A stretch of DNA of 64,000 bases from Epithemia pelagica. Taxonomy: Eukaryota; Protista; Bacillariophyta. Below are positions 23,201 to 35,286 of the stretch, piece after piece. The stretch covers positions 62,001-126,000 of the forward strand of contig OX337239.1 in assembly GCA_946965045.2 (NCBI GenBank), read 5' to 3'. Below the pieces are notes generated by a model that was not told where the DNA came from, ran no database searches, and worked only from the letters and a program-made list of their open reading frames with translations. The position numbers were made by a program, and so were the translations under genes. Every line of letters begins with the position of its first letter. The first letter of the stretch is position 1.

Positions 23201-24223
23201 AACAGAACACCGTCTCTATCTCTCTACTACTCCTAGCTAGCTTGTCTCCCATCACCCGAGGCGTCTCGTCGCGTTCCACGCAACCACTGCAAGAAGCGGA
23301 AGCACGATATTCCTAGAAATGGTCAACGCAGCAAGCACTGGAACGAATGATATCAAGACGACTCATCAACGTGGAAATGATTAATCGTTCTTCCGTCTTG
23401 ACGACGACGAGAAACATTGATACCACCAGGCAGTTTGTGGATATAGTTCTTCTCTTGCGCACGTACACACATGCTCATCCCCACCATGGGGTCCAACCTA
23501 CAGACCCGGATGATCCACTCTCGATTCGTGCACTGCAAAAGTATTATGATGCTGATGGGAGACGCCGAGGATCCCATTCATAGGAAGAAGGAACAAGACC
23601 AAGTTGTTAAAAGCGTGTTCCTTTATGGGGCGGTGATTGTGGAACAACGAGAATCCTACTGCACCAACCTACTACAGGGCGCGGCGGTTGCGGGTGAGAT
23701 CCATGCAGAATAGGATGGATCTGACCTACGGCACGTACTACTACAACAATACAAGAAAGCCTTCTCTCGGCCAACCACAAAGACTTTGCGGCCAGCACCA
23801 AACTCACATTCTATATAGGGAGGAACGGACCGATTCTTTGAGTGGCAATTGGCACGGGGTAAAAAACACCAATTCGGGAAAAAAGACAAAGAAACAGAAC
23901 AATCCAACAGTGGGGACAACTACCTAGGATCGTTCGATCAAGGTCGCATCTCGGCAGATGGGCCAACATGAATCCGGGTTGTTGCGATTGCGGGTGATCT
24001 TTATACTTTTCGGGCGGAAAACGACCACAACAACAACAGGAGCAAACTGGAATATGTGAGAGCCAGCATGATTCCTCACCTGTCTGTTTACGGCTCACCA
24101 TTTTTGGTGATCCCTAATATCATCTCCCGGTCTTCACTTCTTGTTTTTGTGGGTGACACAGAAAGACTGTTCTCAAGAGACTTTTTTTTACTTTACGCTT
24201 ATCGAGCAGCTACATACACACGT

Positions 24224-25423
24224 CTAACTCGACTTGTTGTTAGCTTCCACCAAATGCGGTTTTTCCAACAGCCACAAAAAGAGAGCAGAATTCTTGTCCA
24301 TCAACGGCAGTCGTTCCTCGTATAAAGTAAATTCGGACCAAGACCACTTTCTCGCGAATCCTATGACAGCAATTCCATTGGAACGGGCAACCATGAGGTG
24401 CTTAGTTTCGGCAAAAGACGTTCGGTGAGGAAGGTTCCAGACCTTGTTGCGTTTGGTATCCAAAACCTCAATATTCCCAGCAGGCGAGAGACCACTTGAA
24501 CGTGTCCTCCCTCCGGAAATGACTAGGCATGATCCAACTCGGACCATTGTATGATCGCAACGACGATCAGAGAGTTTCAATTGTTCGTGTTTGGTCCACG
24601 ACAAACTGGACCATAACTTGGAGGACGATGTATTCTTGTTGTCTGTTGTACTTGTGTCAGAATCATTCAAATCCAGATACTCGACCGAGTCAACGTAACC
24701 ACCAACGGCATAGACACGCCGGCCAATGACTTCCGTTGGAAAGCATTCACGAGGAATCGTCAAGGGTGGACCCGAAAATATGCTGCAAGGCTCATTTGTT
24801 TCTTGTGTAGGTGTTGCTGTATCAATAATATCAACAGACGACAGACTATCTGAGTACCAAGTTTGTCCACCAACGACAAGGATGTACCTATTGTGCACCA
24901 CCACAGCCGAACATTCTTGTCTTGGCACCGACAAACGACATGTCAATGTCTCCCACCCTTTTTCGTGGTTTTTACCATTGTCCCGAAAAAAGCTCTTGGT
25001 ACTTGTGGAGGAGGAAGAGGAGGAAGAAATCAAGTCCACCAGACCAATCCGTTCCACAGTGTCCAAATATGAATATGTAAAGTTGTAATTGCCTCCTCCA
25101 ATTGCGTAAACGTGGCTATTGCAGACGACTGCGGATAGCCGGAGCCTCCCTTGATTCAACGGTGGTCCTTCTTGCCAATCCGCCATACCTTTTCGAAGAA
25201 GAACGGACGTAAGGTTGCTGCCGTTCTTGCCTCCTCCCACTAAAACCACTATTTCCTCCTTGGGATTTCGGTTGGTTGGATACACCACCACCATTGCGTG
25301 GCCATGTGGTAATTTCACATCTCGAGGCCATTCTTCTTTCTCCGTATGACTCCATTGGGGTGTTTCGCAAAAACCTTTCCCAAACACAAGTCCAGATAGA
25401 CGCGCTTCCTCCAAATAGTTCAT
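24224..25423 (-). CDS. Kelch-repeat beta-propeller protein (family A, copy 5)
   Basis: 399 aa, MNYLEEARLSGLVFG start, complete Kelch motif set. Confidence 0.9.
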   Translation of the reverse strand: MNYLEEARLSGLVFGKGFCETPQWSHTEKEEWPRDVKLPHGHAMVVVYPTNRNPKEEIVVLVGGGKNGSNLTSVLLRKGMADWQEGPPLNQGRLRLSAVVCNSHVYAIGGGNYNFTYSYLDTVERIGLVDLISSSSSSSTSTKSFFRDNGKNHEKGWETLTCRLSVPRQECSAVVVHNRYILVVGGQTWYSDSLSSVDIIDTATPTQETNEPCSIFSGPPLTIPRECFPTEVIGRRVYAVGGYVDSVEYLDLNDSDTSTTDNKNTSSSKLWSSLSWTKHEQLKLSDRRCDHTMVRVGSCLVISGGRTRSSGLSPAGNIEVLDTKRNKVWNLPHRTSFAETKHLMVARSNGIAVIGFARKWSWSEFTLYEERLPLMDKNSALFLWLLEKPHLVEANNKSS

Positions 25424-27342
25424 TGCAAAATATGTTCTGTTGGTGGAAATGGCAAGTGCGTGAGATGGCGTGTCGTCCTCCTAGAGAGGACCACAATCTG
25501 TCCAATTCTGTCGTTCACTCACAAAAACGTGTGAAGCGACTGTCTTTTTCCAACAGGTCCACGCTGCGAGCACGCCGGCCCATCTTTCCAATACAACATC
25601 GCCGGCCGATTTCACGCTGCGAACTGCGAACATAATAATATAATACAAAACGCTGATGGGTCCTTGCTCATTGCGTTGGTCGTCACAGAAGAACACACAA
25701 GACCAGGACGCTTTTTCTTCTCGGTAAGCACACGAAGGAATCAAGAACAAGGAACAGCCACAAGAGTGACTAAAAGACCAGAAATCTACGTTCCGTTGCC
25801 AGGAAAGATGGCGCTGTAAAAAGGCCGGGGATTCGTTGTAAAGGCAGCGCCAGAAAAAGATAGCAGTGTCGTACAATTCGTCGTAGTGAAGGTCAAAGTC
25901 CCTAGATAATCGTTGCTCCATCGGCCTTGTTGGAATGCTATCTTTGGTCTTGTCAGAATGTCGTTTTGTCACGACAACATCAACAAGAAGCGGGGATCAC
26001 CAATGCGCGAATATCGTCGTTTATCCATGTTTCTTCTTGTACTGCAAAAAGCCGATCCATCACTAGACAAACACACCAGAGTGAGGAAAGTATGACGCGA
26101 TTTTGCGTTGGAGATCGGATTGTTTTGTATGAATTACGGAGAGGTCGACCACAGGATGCACCATGATGCATCCACATTGTGTAAAGTGAGTAGACCCAGG
26201 ACCATGTGTGTTGTTCTGTTGCAATCCAGGTACTGTCCGAGTTTTTCATTGTGTTAGTTTAAATCTGTTGTAGAAGAGGAAAAAGAAATAGCATCTACCG
26301 GATCTACCATCATGGCGGAGCGCATGCCTCTTGTCCCTCCACCAGGAGCTCTCTGAAGAATCGAAAAAGGGCCAAGCACACGCACACACGAAACGAAGAT
26401 TGTCAGAAGACGAGCAGCATCCAAACAACAAGAGAGAACCAGAGGCGACAATGGCAGCCTTTCTTATTGCGGCTCCTAGTAGCTAGCTAGGAACCGAGAG
26501 AGGGAGATAGTTTTTTGTGTGAAGCAAAAGGCTGCTAACAAATGCCCAATGAGACCGTGCCATTGGAACACAAACGCCCAATACGTATCTCCTGTAGCAT
26601 TTATTGGTCGAGACACACTTGCTATTTTTACCATGGAGCAAAGAAGTCATTGTTCAAATACAAGTGGGACTCGACTCAATTGCCTCTTTTTCTCGTGTTA
26701 CGTACGCAATAAAGAATGGGCTGGATGCAAGAGAGAGAAAGAGGAACGGAGCGATGCAAACCAGAAACCAGTTTACTTCGATTATTATGTTAGAGGTAGA
26801 AGAGTGGCAAAAAAGAGACGGTGTGTTTCAATGGCTCTTTTTCACCATTTCACAGGACAGAATGGTTGGTTGGAGAGAACAGCTTTGAAAGTTTGACTAC
26901 ACACGTGGACGTGGATGGACTTTTGCACCTCTCTGCTACGTACTACGGCTCTGGATTGACTGGCGCATCTCACGGAACGACCCACACGAGCGGAAGAAAC
27001 ACTTTTGTGTTCCAGAGAATACCATCTCTCACGCAAAAAAGTCACTCCCCTCTCCCCTCCTCTCCCTCTTTGGCTTTGTATATTGTAGTAGCTACGTAGT
27101 AGAGTGCTCAAGACCAGTATACGTGTGACGAGAAGCGAGAACAACACACACAACAGAGACAAGAGAGTCCCAAGAAAAGTACCTGCCACAACCAAAAGGT
27201 GTACATGCAGGCTTTTTTCGATAATGGTCTTTCTCAGGACAGAGCACGTCTTTGGACAGTGTCATTTGAAAAGAGAGAGGCACAACGTGTGGCAAAGTGC
27301 AAACAAACAAGCACAAACAAAACCCAAACTACGCACCGCAAC

Positions 27343-28407
27343 ATGACGCCTCGGCCAATGTGCATCCAAACACCAACACCAGTTCGCAGCGACAATGACA
27401 TGGACGATCCAATCATCGCACTGGATCCGATGACACGACGACAAACCGTACTCTTGACCACCATCTTGGAGGAGGAGTCATTGCCTCCCCCATCCTTCAC
27501 TCCCACCTCGCCTCTTCCCCCAACAACTGTTTTACCACAAGAAGAAGAACACCCGGCCACTCCCTCCATTTCCTCCAAATCCAAGCAGCAAACTACTACG
27601 ACTCGGAACGAACGCAAGACGAAACGCGTCACCTTTCAATTGAACGCCACCGTCTATCACGAAGCGTTGATCCCCCACTTGACGTGGCGACACTGTCAGA
27701 CACTGTGGTACAGTTCCAAGGAATGTCAGGTATTGAAGGCGAGTAGTCGTCGTGACAATTTTGGTTGTTTTGCCGAAACCCGGGCCTTGGTGGTGGCCTA
27801 TCGAGCCTCGTGTCAAATCGCTGCTACTCAAAGTAGTACTACGGATCATGCGGCAACGAACAACAACAAGACATTGCTCCCCGCCAACCAGCAGGCACAA
27901 CCACACGGACGACAACGACAACGACGGCGTCCTTTCACCAACAATACCAACAACGCAGTGATGTTGTTGTCATCGTCCTTGCACGTGTTGCAATCCTCCT
28001 TTGACCGATACCACGACGATTGCATGGGACTGGAACGAGCTTTCTTGGAATGGATCCCCTCGGTACAAAAGGACCAGCAAGAACGACGAACCAAGATTCA
28101 AGAATTGATACACGAGTACAATAAAACACTCCACCATGACAGGAACGATAAGGATGCAGCCCTCCGCTTGCGCCGCCAATTGGAACTTTGGACTCGTCCG
28201 TCGGTGGAATTTGCCCTCTTTGTCGCACAAGCACAACGGCCCCTCGTCTGCACCGACCTTACCAACGGCAACAAGAACAATGACAAGACCAAAAAGACAC
28301 CCAAGACTCGATTCTGGACGTGGCGTCGATATCCCCGAGAGATGACCATGGCAGCAGCAGCACCCGGGACAACAACACATGGATTGCCGGGATTACGATC
28401 CACATGA
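27343..28407 (+). CDS. Uncharacterised protein of a common diatom type (K.V.F...WY...GLE pattern)
   Basis: ATG at 27343. A Pro/Thr-rich N-terminus is followed by KRVTFQLNATVY...LWYSSKECQVLK and MGLERAF...EFALFVAQA. Confidence 0.6.
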   Translation: MTPRPMCIQTPTPVRSDNDMDDPIIALDPMTRRQTVLLTTILEEESLPPPSFTPTSPLPPTTVLPQEEEHPATPSISSKSKQQTTTTRNERKTKRVTFQLNATVYHEALIPHLTWRHCQTLWYSSKECQVLKASSRRDNFGCFAETRALVVAYRASCQIAATQSSTTDHAATNNNKTLLPANQQAQPHGRQRQRRRPFTNNTNNAVMLLSSSLHVLQSSFDRYHDDCMGLERAFLEWIPSVQKDQQERRTKIQELIHEYNKTLHHDRNDKDAALRLRRQLELWTRPSVEFALFVAQAQRPLVCTDLTNGNKNNDKTKKTPKTRFWTWRRYPREMTMAAAAPGTTTHGLPGLRST

Positions 28408-28968
28408 TGGAATCCAACGAGCAGATTGGGCCATGCGGCTATACCCTTCTCATGATGCATCTACGATACAACTCTTGTTGAGGTTTGATACTATATTAGA
28501 ATGCTATTATGGACATTGCCTTTTTGCTACGCATCTCTGTCTGCTATTCGACTCCCCACAACTTGCGGACTACCTAGCTTCCTTCCTAGGTAGTATCTCA
28601 TAGGAGACGACAAACCATGGATCGACTAAACTATACATAGCTATATAGCATATAGCAATGGAATATTCTAGAGGGCTCCATATGTTTCTGTTCCCTCCAT
28701 TGTTCGTAGATGGTATTCCATAGCACGAACCGTTGCAAGAAAAAGCAGCCAGAACTCGTACACGGCTGCTGTCCATGGATGGAGCTTGTTGTGTGAGTTC
28801 CAAAATTACGAATGAGGAGAGAAAAAGATCGTCCACGCTTTTTTGTTCTTGTGTAGAAATCAGTTGCAAAATACCGAATCAAACGCGAGACTGTAGAAAC
28901 GTTTGGAGAGACTGTGTGTACCAGAAACACAGCTGCTGGACGAATCCCCATTCCCTCTTGTGTTGCTA

Positions 28969-30978
28969 TTAGTCCCATTGGGGAGCCAAGAAGGACCTTG
29001 GAGGGGCCGCCGCCGCCAAGTCTGGTACATGGGCCGTCCCATTCGCGTGGTTGTCATTGTCTTGTTGTTGGGACGGTGCTGGCTGTTCCATGCGACTCTT
29101 TTTGACAATGCGTTCCGATCCCGGAGACACCGTCGTGGGACTACCACAAGTAGCACTGCCAAGGGGTGTACCCACACTCGGAGCAGGGCTACTGCTGTGG
29201 GTAAGGGGCCATGGTGTGGAACAACCGAGTGGACTTGGAGTGGTAGTGTTCCACAGCTCTGAATCACGCTCTTCATCATTGTCCTCAATAAACCAGCCAT
29301 CCTCCTCCTCATCGTCTTCCTTCTCGTCCTGGTAATGGAAGGATGGTGGGGTGCACCAGGCCAGGGGTGATGGTGATTCTAGACTAGTATCGGGTACTGT
29401 CATTGGGTTCGCACCTGTAGTGGTAGTGGCAACCTTGTGGCGTGTCATGCTGGGCGGCGGCGGCGGCCTGTGTTGGACGAGCAATTCCGGACGGACCCGT
29501 ACCAAGGCATACAAGAGCGAGACGGACCAAATGGTTGGTTCGGCGTTACTCGTTGTTGTTGTCGTGGTGGAACGGCACCGTGTGGGCAAGGTTTGGACCG
29601 GTCCTCGACAACGAGTCGTCGAGTGGTGGGCGGACCCGGCATGGGATGGTTTGGCCAAGACGCGCGTCCAGGCCCACGCCGTAATTCCAGTCGGGGTAGT
29701 CGTGGCGGTTGTCGTCGTAGTAGACTCGGGTCCTGGTTGTTCGAGTGGCAGGGGGGTGCTATTGCTATTGTTGCTGCTGTTGCTGCTGCAACAACGACTG
29801 CCATGAAAGTATCGTCGTCCCCACCGATTCAAGGTCAAGGCTATGTGAACGCGGGCTTGATAGGGACAGGTACATCGGAGCGCAGTACGAGTCGTTGTTG
29901 TGGTAGGAATCGCATTGGTAGCAGTATTGGTATTGGTACGCCCACCCGTGTCCGAATGCCAATCAAACTCGAGGGCCACCAGACTGATATTGTACGAATG
30001 TCCCGTGGTGTTGTCCTTGTCATGGTCCTCCGAGGACGACAAGGCTTGATCCAAGGCTTGCCAGGCGCGACACATGGGCGACGAATGATGCGATCGGTGG
30101 CGACTGCTGTTGCTGCTGGAGGTTGTCGCAGTGGAGGCCTCGCTGCTGGTGGAAGAGGACACGGATTGAATGCTCGTGGATCGCACATGGGAGTGGGGGA
30201 GTGGGGGAGGAATGGATAACAACAATGGAGGAGGAGGCATGGAAATGGTCGACTGCTGTTGCGGCTCCGTTTTGGGTGCACTGTTGAAAGGACAACGACG
30301 ACGATAGGTACAGGGTTCTTGGACATGCACGTGTTGGGCCGTTTCCAATCGTGTATTGCCCTGCAATTCCACTCGTTGCAATGTGCGGCATGTCGGCAAG
30401 GCGCGGGCCAAGGCTGTCAAACCGACTGGTCCAATGTCATTGTGTTGCACGTCCAATCGTTCCAGCCGACAATCCTTGGACGACAACCAGGCGGCCAAAT
30501 CGACACAGGCCTCATCGCCCACTTGACAATGGGCCACATTCAAGACGCGCAATCGACTACTGGTTGTAGAACGGCACAAGGCTTGGGCCAAGACGGACAG
30601 GCCCGGACTGCCCAATTGGGGATTGTACTTGAGGGTAAGATATTCCAAGCGGGGATGCTGCGCCAGGGCCTCGGCCAAGGCGTGCCAGGCGGCACTGTCC
30701 CCGGGCGGCAAGTGCGTTTGCGTCAAGCCCAACACGACCAGTTTGGTATTGTGGGACAAGGCGTAGGCCCACTGTCGGGCCCCCTCGTGTTCGAGACACG
30801 ACGGTCCGCCCAAGGACGACGAGGACGACGACACATGGGCCATGGTACAACAGGGGTCATTGCGAGCCACCCGCTCCAACAATGTACCCGTGACAAAGGT
30901 ATAGGTTCTTGGTGGTGTGGTCGTTGGTGTCGTGGGAGGGGAGGAACCGGGTCGAGGAGGCGTGGAAAGCATGGTCAT
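28969..30978 (-). CDS. RNI-like leucine-rich repeat protein
   Basis: Repeats LVVLGLTQTHL, LEYLTLKYNPQLGSPG, LRVLNVAHCQVGDEA, LERLDVQHNDIGPVG and LQRVELQGN, then LNRWGR...W..VL...SLLYALVR.RP.L. Likely start MTML at 30978 (ORF is open to 31161). Confidence 0.82.
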   Translation of the reverse strand: MTMLSTPPRPGSSPPTTPTTTPPRTYTFVTGTLLERVARNDPCCTMAHVSSSSSSLGGPSCLEHEGARQWAYALSHNTKLVVLGLTQTHLPPGDSAAWHALAEALAQHPRLEYLTLKYNPQLGSPGLSVLAQALCRSTTSSRLRVLNVAHCQVGDEACVDLAAWLSSKDCRLERLDVQHNDIGPVGLTALARALPTCRTLQRVELQGNTRLETAQHVHVQEPCTYRRRCPFNSAPKTEPQQQSTISMPPPPLLLSIPPPLPHSHVRSTSIQSVSSSTSSEASTATTSSSNSSRHRSHHSSPMCRAWQALDQALSSSEDHDKDNTTGHSYNISLVALEFDWHSDTGGRTNTNTATNAIPTTTTTRTALRCTCPYQARVHIALTLNRWGRRYFHGSRCCSSNSSNNSNSTPLPLEQPGPESTTTTTATTTPTGITAWAWTRVLAKPSHAGSAHHSTTRCRGPVQTLPTRCRSTTTTTTSNAEPTIWSVSLLYALVRVRPELLVQHRPPPPPSMTRHKVATTTTGANPMTVPDTSLESPSPLAWCTPPSFHYQDEKEDDEEEDGWFIEDNDEERDSELWNTTTPSPLGCSTPWPLTHSSSPAPSVGTPLGSATCGSPTTVSPGSERIVKKSRMEQPAPSQQQDNDNHANGTAHVPDLAAAAPPRSFLAPQWD

Positions 30979-33513
30979 TCTTGTTGTGATTGGAACCAAG
31001 GGAGTATAGTGCCAGCAGCGTGTGTGTGTGGTTTCACGGAAATGATGATGTGATTGTGGTTGTTGTGATTCGTGATGATGATTCTGGAAACTCGAGATTT
31101 GTGGTTGGATGATTCTTTGCTCGAGAGAGACTCTGTTTCTATGAATCAGTAGGTGGCCCAATTCCTGGATTCCAATTTGTGTGGTTCTTCTTGTTGGATT
31201 GTCCGAATATGTGTGTGTGTGTGGCTACGGAGAGAAGGGCGTAGTAGTGAACAAGAGGCAAAGGAGAGTGCTCGTTCGTTCGCTCGTTTGTTTGTTTGTT
31301 CCCGAGTGGCTTGCCTTGTTCGCTTGTAAGAAGTGTTTGTTTGGTGTTTGATCAAGGAACGTGAATAGTTAGAAGGTTGTCTTGCGCACAACACAAGGGT
31401 GACGTGTGCCTTCTCTTTTCTCGGTTCTGATGATCCAGAAAAGAGGGGCAATGGCCATTGAGCAATCAGAACTCGGAACAATAATAATATTATACCTATC
31501 GGAAAAAAGGATCCAACTTCAAAATGCTTCATTTCGTCTTCCACCCATTCTCTTCCAACTGTGCCTCCTACGTGTGTTGGCTTCGCTTCCCCTTCAAATT
31601 CGGAACCAAACGATCGCATCCATGATCGAAACTGGGTGTCATTCGTTGTGCCGGGCCCATCATTGACAGCCCTTTCTCCAATCAATAGATCCAATATATA
31701 TAGAACTGTTCTGATTGGGTCGAACCTCTCATTCCGACACGCACGCCATGACGTGTGCACCTGGTTCCATCTGTCATCCAACACTCTCCATCGTGTGGCT
31801 CTCCTTGCGCTTCATGGAGTCACTTTGCCCATGGAACAAGACGCTTGAAGTAGTAGGGGCGTCGGAATTCGGAAGTGGATCGTGTGCGCACGTCTGGAAC
31901 GTGGGTCCACGAAGACTTTAGTCGCGTCGGTCTCGGATCTCGGATGACAACAAAATATCTAGTCGCACATAAGATACATGACAAGATCCTCCGTATCTTT
32001 TTTCACAGAATTCGTTGTTGTTTTGTGTTGCTGGGATTGTGGTTGCCAATGAAATCTCTCCAGAGACTCCAAGCGGCCTCCGTCTGGACCCATTCCAAAG
32101 AACTCTATCGGTTCGTTCCTTGCTATTCGTATCGCCACAGCGACCAATCCCATGGCGAATCCAAGATGGACCCACGTTTGAACCAGCACACAGTCTCTTG
32201 GTTCTCTATATGCGGGTCGTCGACGTGTGTGTGTGTGTGGTTTGGATTCCACAACCACAACAATGGCCCCTTCCGGTCACTGGAAGAACGCGCGCTCCTC
32301 CGCTCCACGGTTGTACGTGAGACGCGCGCCGGAAGGAAAAAAGAAATGCCAGGGGGGAATCTCTAGTTCCATGGAACAATGAGGGTGTCATGGAATACAC
32401 ACACAAGTGTGGAACGACACGAGAGTTGGGGGTCGGTTGGTTGGTTGGGTTCCGTCGTGCAGGACAGTGTTTCGTTCGTGGGCAAGAGATGTGCCGGTCC
32501 CGCAGGGGAGATTCTCCCTCCAAACGACGACGACAACGACGACGGTTGGCACAGTTCAGGTATTATTCGTCGAGGAGTCTTTTTGTTTGGTTGGTTGGTT
32601 GGTTGGGTGATGGGTCGACACACACACACACACACACTACCTATAGAGAAACGATGCGGTGGTGGCCGTGGGGGAGCCGTGGGACAATCAACCACACACG
32701 CTCATCACCCGCGCCGTTCCCAGTGGAACGTTGTGGAGAGGATGATGACGCAAGAAGCAATCCATCCATCCATCCTTTCGACAACACACACACTGTGCGT
32801 GCTCGTTTGGCACACGGTGTGCTCTGTTTTTGCTTCTCACAACGACGAAACCCCCGACTGTGCCAGCAACACAACCACCAAAAGAATCAGGATGACACAA
32901 CAACAACCACAAACGTGCAACACAATCATACAAACCGGGCCCACACCAAAAAAAGGGTTTGGTCCTGCTCGTCTCCACGGTGACTGGAACGTTACCATGC
33001 TGCCATCTTTTGTTTGAAACAAGAAACACAAGGACCTCCACCCGTTTCGTCATGCTTGGGTTGTCCGATTCTTGTTCCTGTGGATCCACCAAACGAACGC
33101 CACATCAGTCCACAGAGTGTTCTGGTTCGTGGGACAACACAACAAGAGCACACACACACGTTCTTGTCGCAACCGCACTGTGGTTCGCAACAAAAGGACA
33201 CACGAGGAACCACCAGAAACGAAGCACGACGACCCGAGTTTGGGAACGGACCCTAGTATATTGGATGAGCCACAACCACCACCACCATCACCAGACGTTA
33301 AACCGCCGTTGGGCCTCTCCCACAGCGCACCCAAACAACAAGCTCCCAAGCAGAACACTAGACATTTGTTGGACGGCAACAGGATTCTTTTATAGTTTTG
33401 CCACTGCAGGGCCTACACCATGCAACGTGTTGCGCACAATCGCGTTTCATCCTTCCTTGGTGGTGTAGGGATCCGAAACTCGTCGTGTTGTGGAGGGGGA
33501 AGAGGAGCGAGTA

Positions 33514-34119
33514 AGGGCTGGGTAAGCCGGTCCATGTTCGGCTAAGTAGGCTCAGTACATTAAGCTACGTAGAGTACATAAAATCACATAGTACACGTCA
33601 CGCCGGAAATGGTCGGAATTTCAAAAAAATGCAAAAACGCTCGACAATGATGGCGAGATCCGGTGACGCCGTATGCATTCACCCATGCATCGCATAAACA
33701 TCCAACCACCGTAAGTCCTTTACCTTTACCTTTGAAATTGTTGTCTAAAATTACAAAAGATTTGCCAAGTTGGCTGAAAAGGTACGCTCATTTTTCTGCA
33801 GTGATGAAATCGAACGACCGCCCTATCTCACCCATTTTTCAATGCTGACTCGACCGAATTGAAAGCATAGTCACTCTAGTAGTAAATAATCTTCTTGTCA
33901 AAGCGGTCGAGTCAAGCTCTATTATTGAGGAAGTTATGGCCATGGGGGTGATGGCTTCCACCATTGTCGAGCGATGGCTTCCAATTTGCATTGTTTCTCG
34001 TGGCAGCAAGTTTTCAATTTGAGACCATCCGCCCCACTTGTTACACTGATGAAAATAGTACTACGTAGCTTAATGTACTGAGCCTACTTAGCCGAACATG
34101 GATCGGCTTACCCAGCCCT
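33514..34119. mobile_element. MITE, 606 bp, with 59-bp terminal inverted repeats and TA on both flanks
   Basis: The left arm 33514-33572 (agggctgggtaagccggtccatgttcggctaagtaggctcagtacattaagctacgtag) is the reverse complement of 34061-34119 with one mismatch. TA sits at 33512-13 and 34120-21, and there is no internal transposase ORF. Confidence 0.9.
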
Positions 34120-34121
34120 TA

Positions 34122-35286
34122 GTTGGAGTGGCCGCTGCGAGACACGGATGATACCACCACCATGTGTTGGGAGGTTGTTCCCAGAGTCGACCAAAACACC
34201 AGGAATACCGGTCATCGAGGATCAGAGGCAGTGTCGCACACGAGTCATTTCAATGTCCACGAATCCCCGTTCCCCCAATCACGGCCACTTTTTGGTTGGC
34301 CACTGCCACCATTCGGCACCCATTGCGGTGATTCCAGCCATTGCGACAATGCCCGAGGGGTGGGAGCGTCCACCAACGGTTGCGGCAGGTATCCAAGACA
34401 TCGACCGTTCGGGAGCCTGACCCCGCCAACACCAGACACGATCCCACGGCAACCATGGTACACGTAAACCGGGGGGCAAACAGCATCCAATCCGATCGAG
34501 TCGTCCAACCAGACGACGACGACAAGGCGGATAGGATTGTAGAATCATCACTACCAGGCGATGCAAACTCCAAATATTCCACCAACCGTTCCCCGCAGCC
34601 TCCCACCACAAAGATACGGTGACCAATGACGGCACTGGCACAATAGGATCGAGGAACCTTCATGGAGGGCCCCTCCAGGACCGTGTCGTTGTTCGTATCC
34701 AGTATGTCCACCGACGCCAAGTATGTTCCACGGACCTTTCCTCCCATGACGACAATGTAGCGGTTGTGAACCGCAACCGACAAAATCCTCGGCGTTCCGT
34801 CGATAGTTGACAGTTTAACGTCGTCCATTGGCTCCTTCTTGAGAAGCTGCTGCTGTAAGATACGGATGGTTCCAGCAACTCATGGGCATCGATCCGTTCG
34901 ATATCATGGAAACTGGAATGATAAGAATGGGATCCTCCCATCACGTAGACGCCGCCATTGCACACCACAGCAGCATGTCCATCACGACTCATCATGTTCA
35001 TGGGTGGCCCTTTTCGCCACTGCTTGTTGGTTTCTGCTAAATTAAGTACAAGAACGGAATTCGAGATAAGGTAAAATCGTTCAAGTCCTCCCAACACAAC
35101 AACCGTTTGCCCCTTGTTGTTGTTGTTGTCGTCGTCGTCGTTCGTATCGGGATGATCGAGTACGACCGTAGCATGATCGCAACGCCATCCACCCAAAAGA
35201 GGAGGCCAGTCGTTGGTACTCCATTGGGCTGCCTCTTCCAGAACAAGGCCTGACCGCCGAGCTTGTTCGTGCCGTGTCAGTCTCAT
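34122..35286 (-). pseudogene. Kelch family B copy 1, frameshifted, with its 3' end abutting the MITE
   Basis: MRLTRHEQARRSGLVLEEAAQW...VVVLGG...WRKGPPM...AVVCNGGVYVMGG, a frameshift near 34780, then AVHNRYIVVMGG...GPSMKVPR...AVGSCLV. The terminal DRYSWCFGRL lies in a third frame. Confidence 0.8.

Noticed and set aside
30259-31053. 264-aa and neighbouring plus-strand ORFs
   Set aside because: Antisense shadows of the LRR gene.
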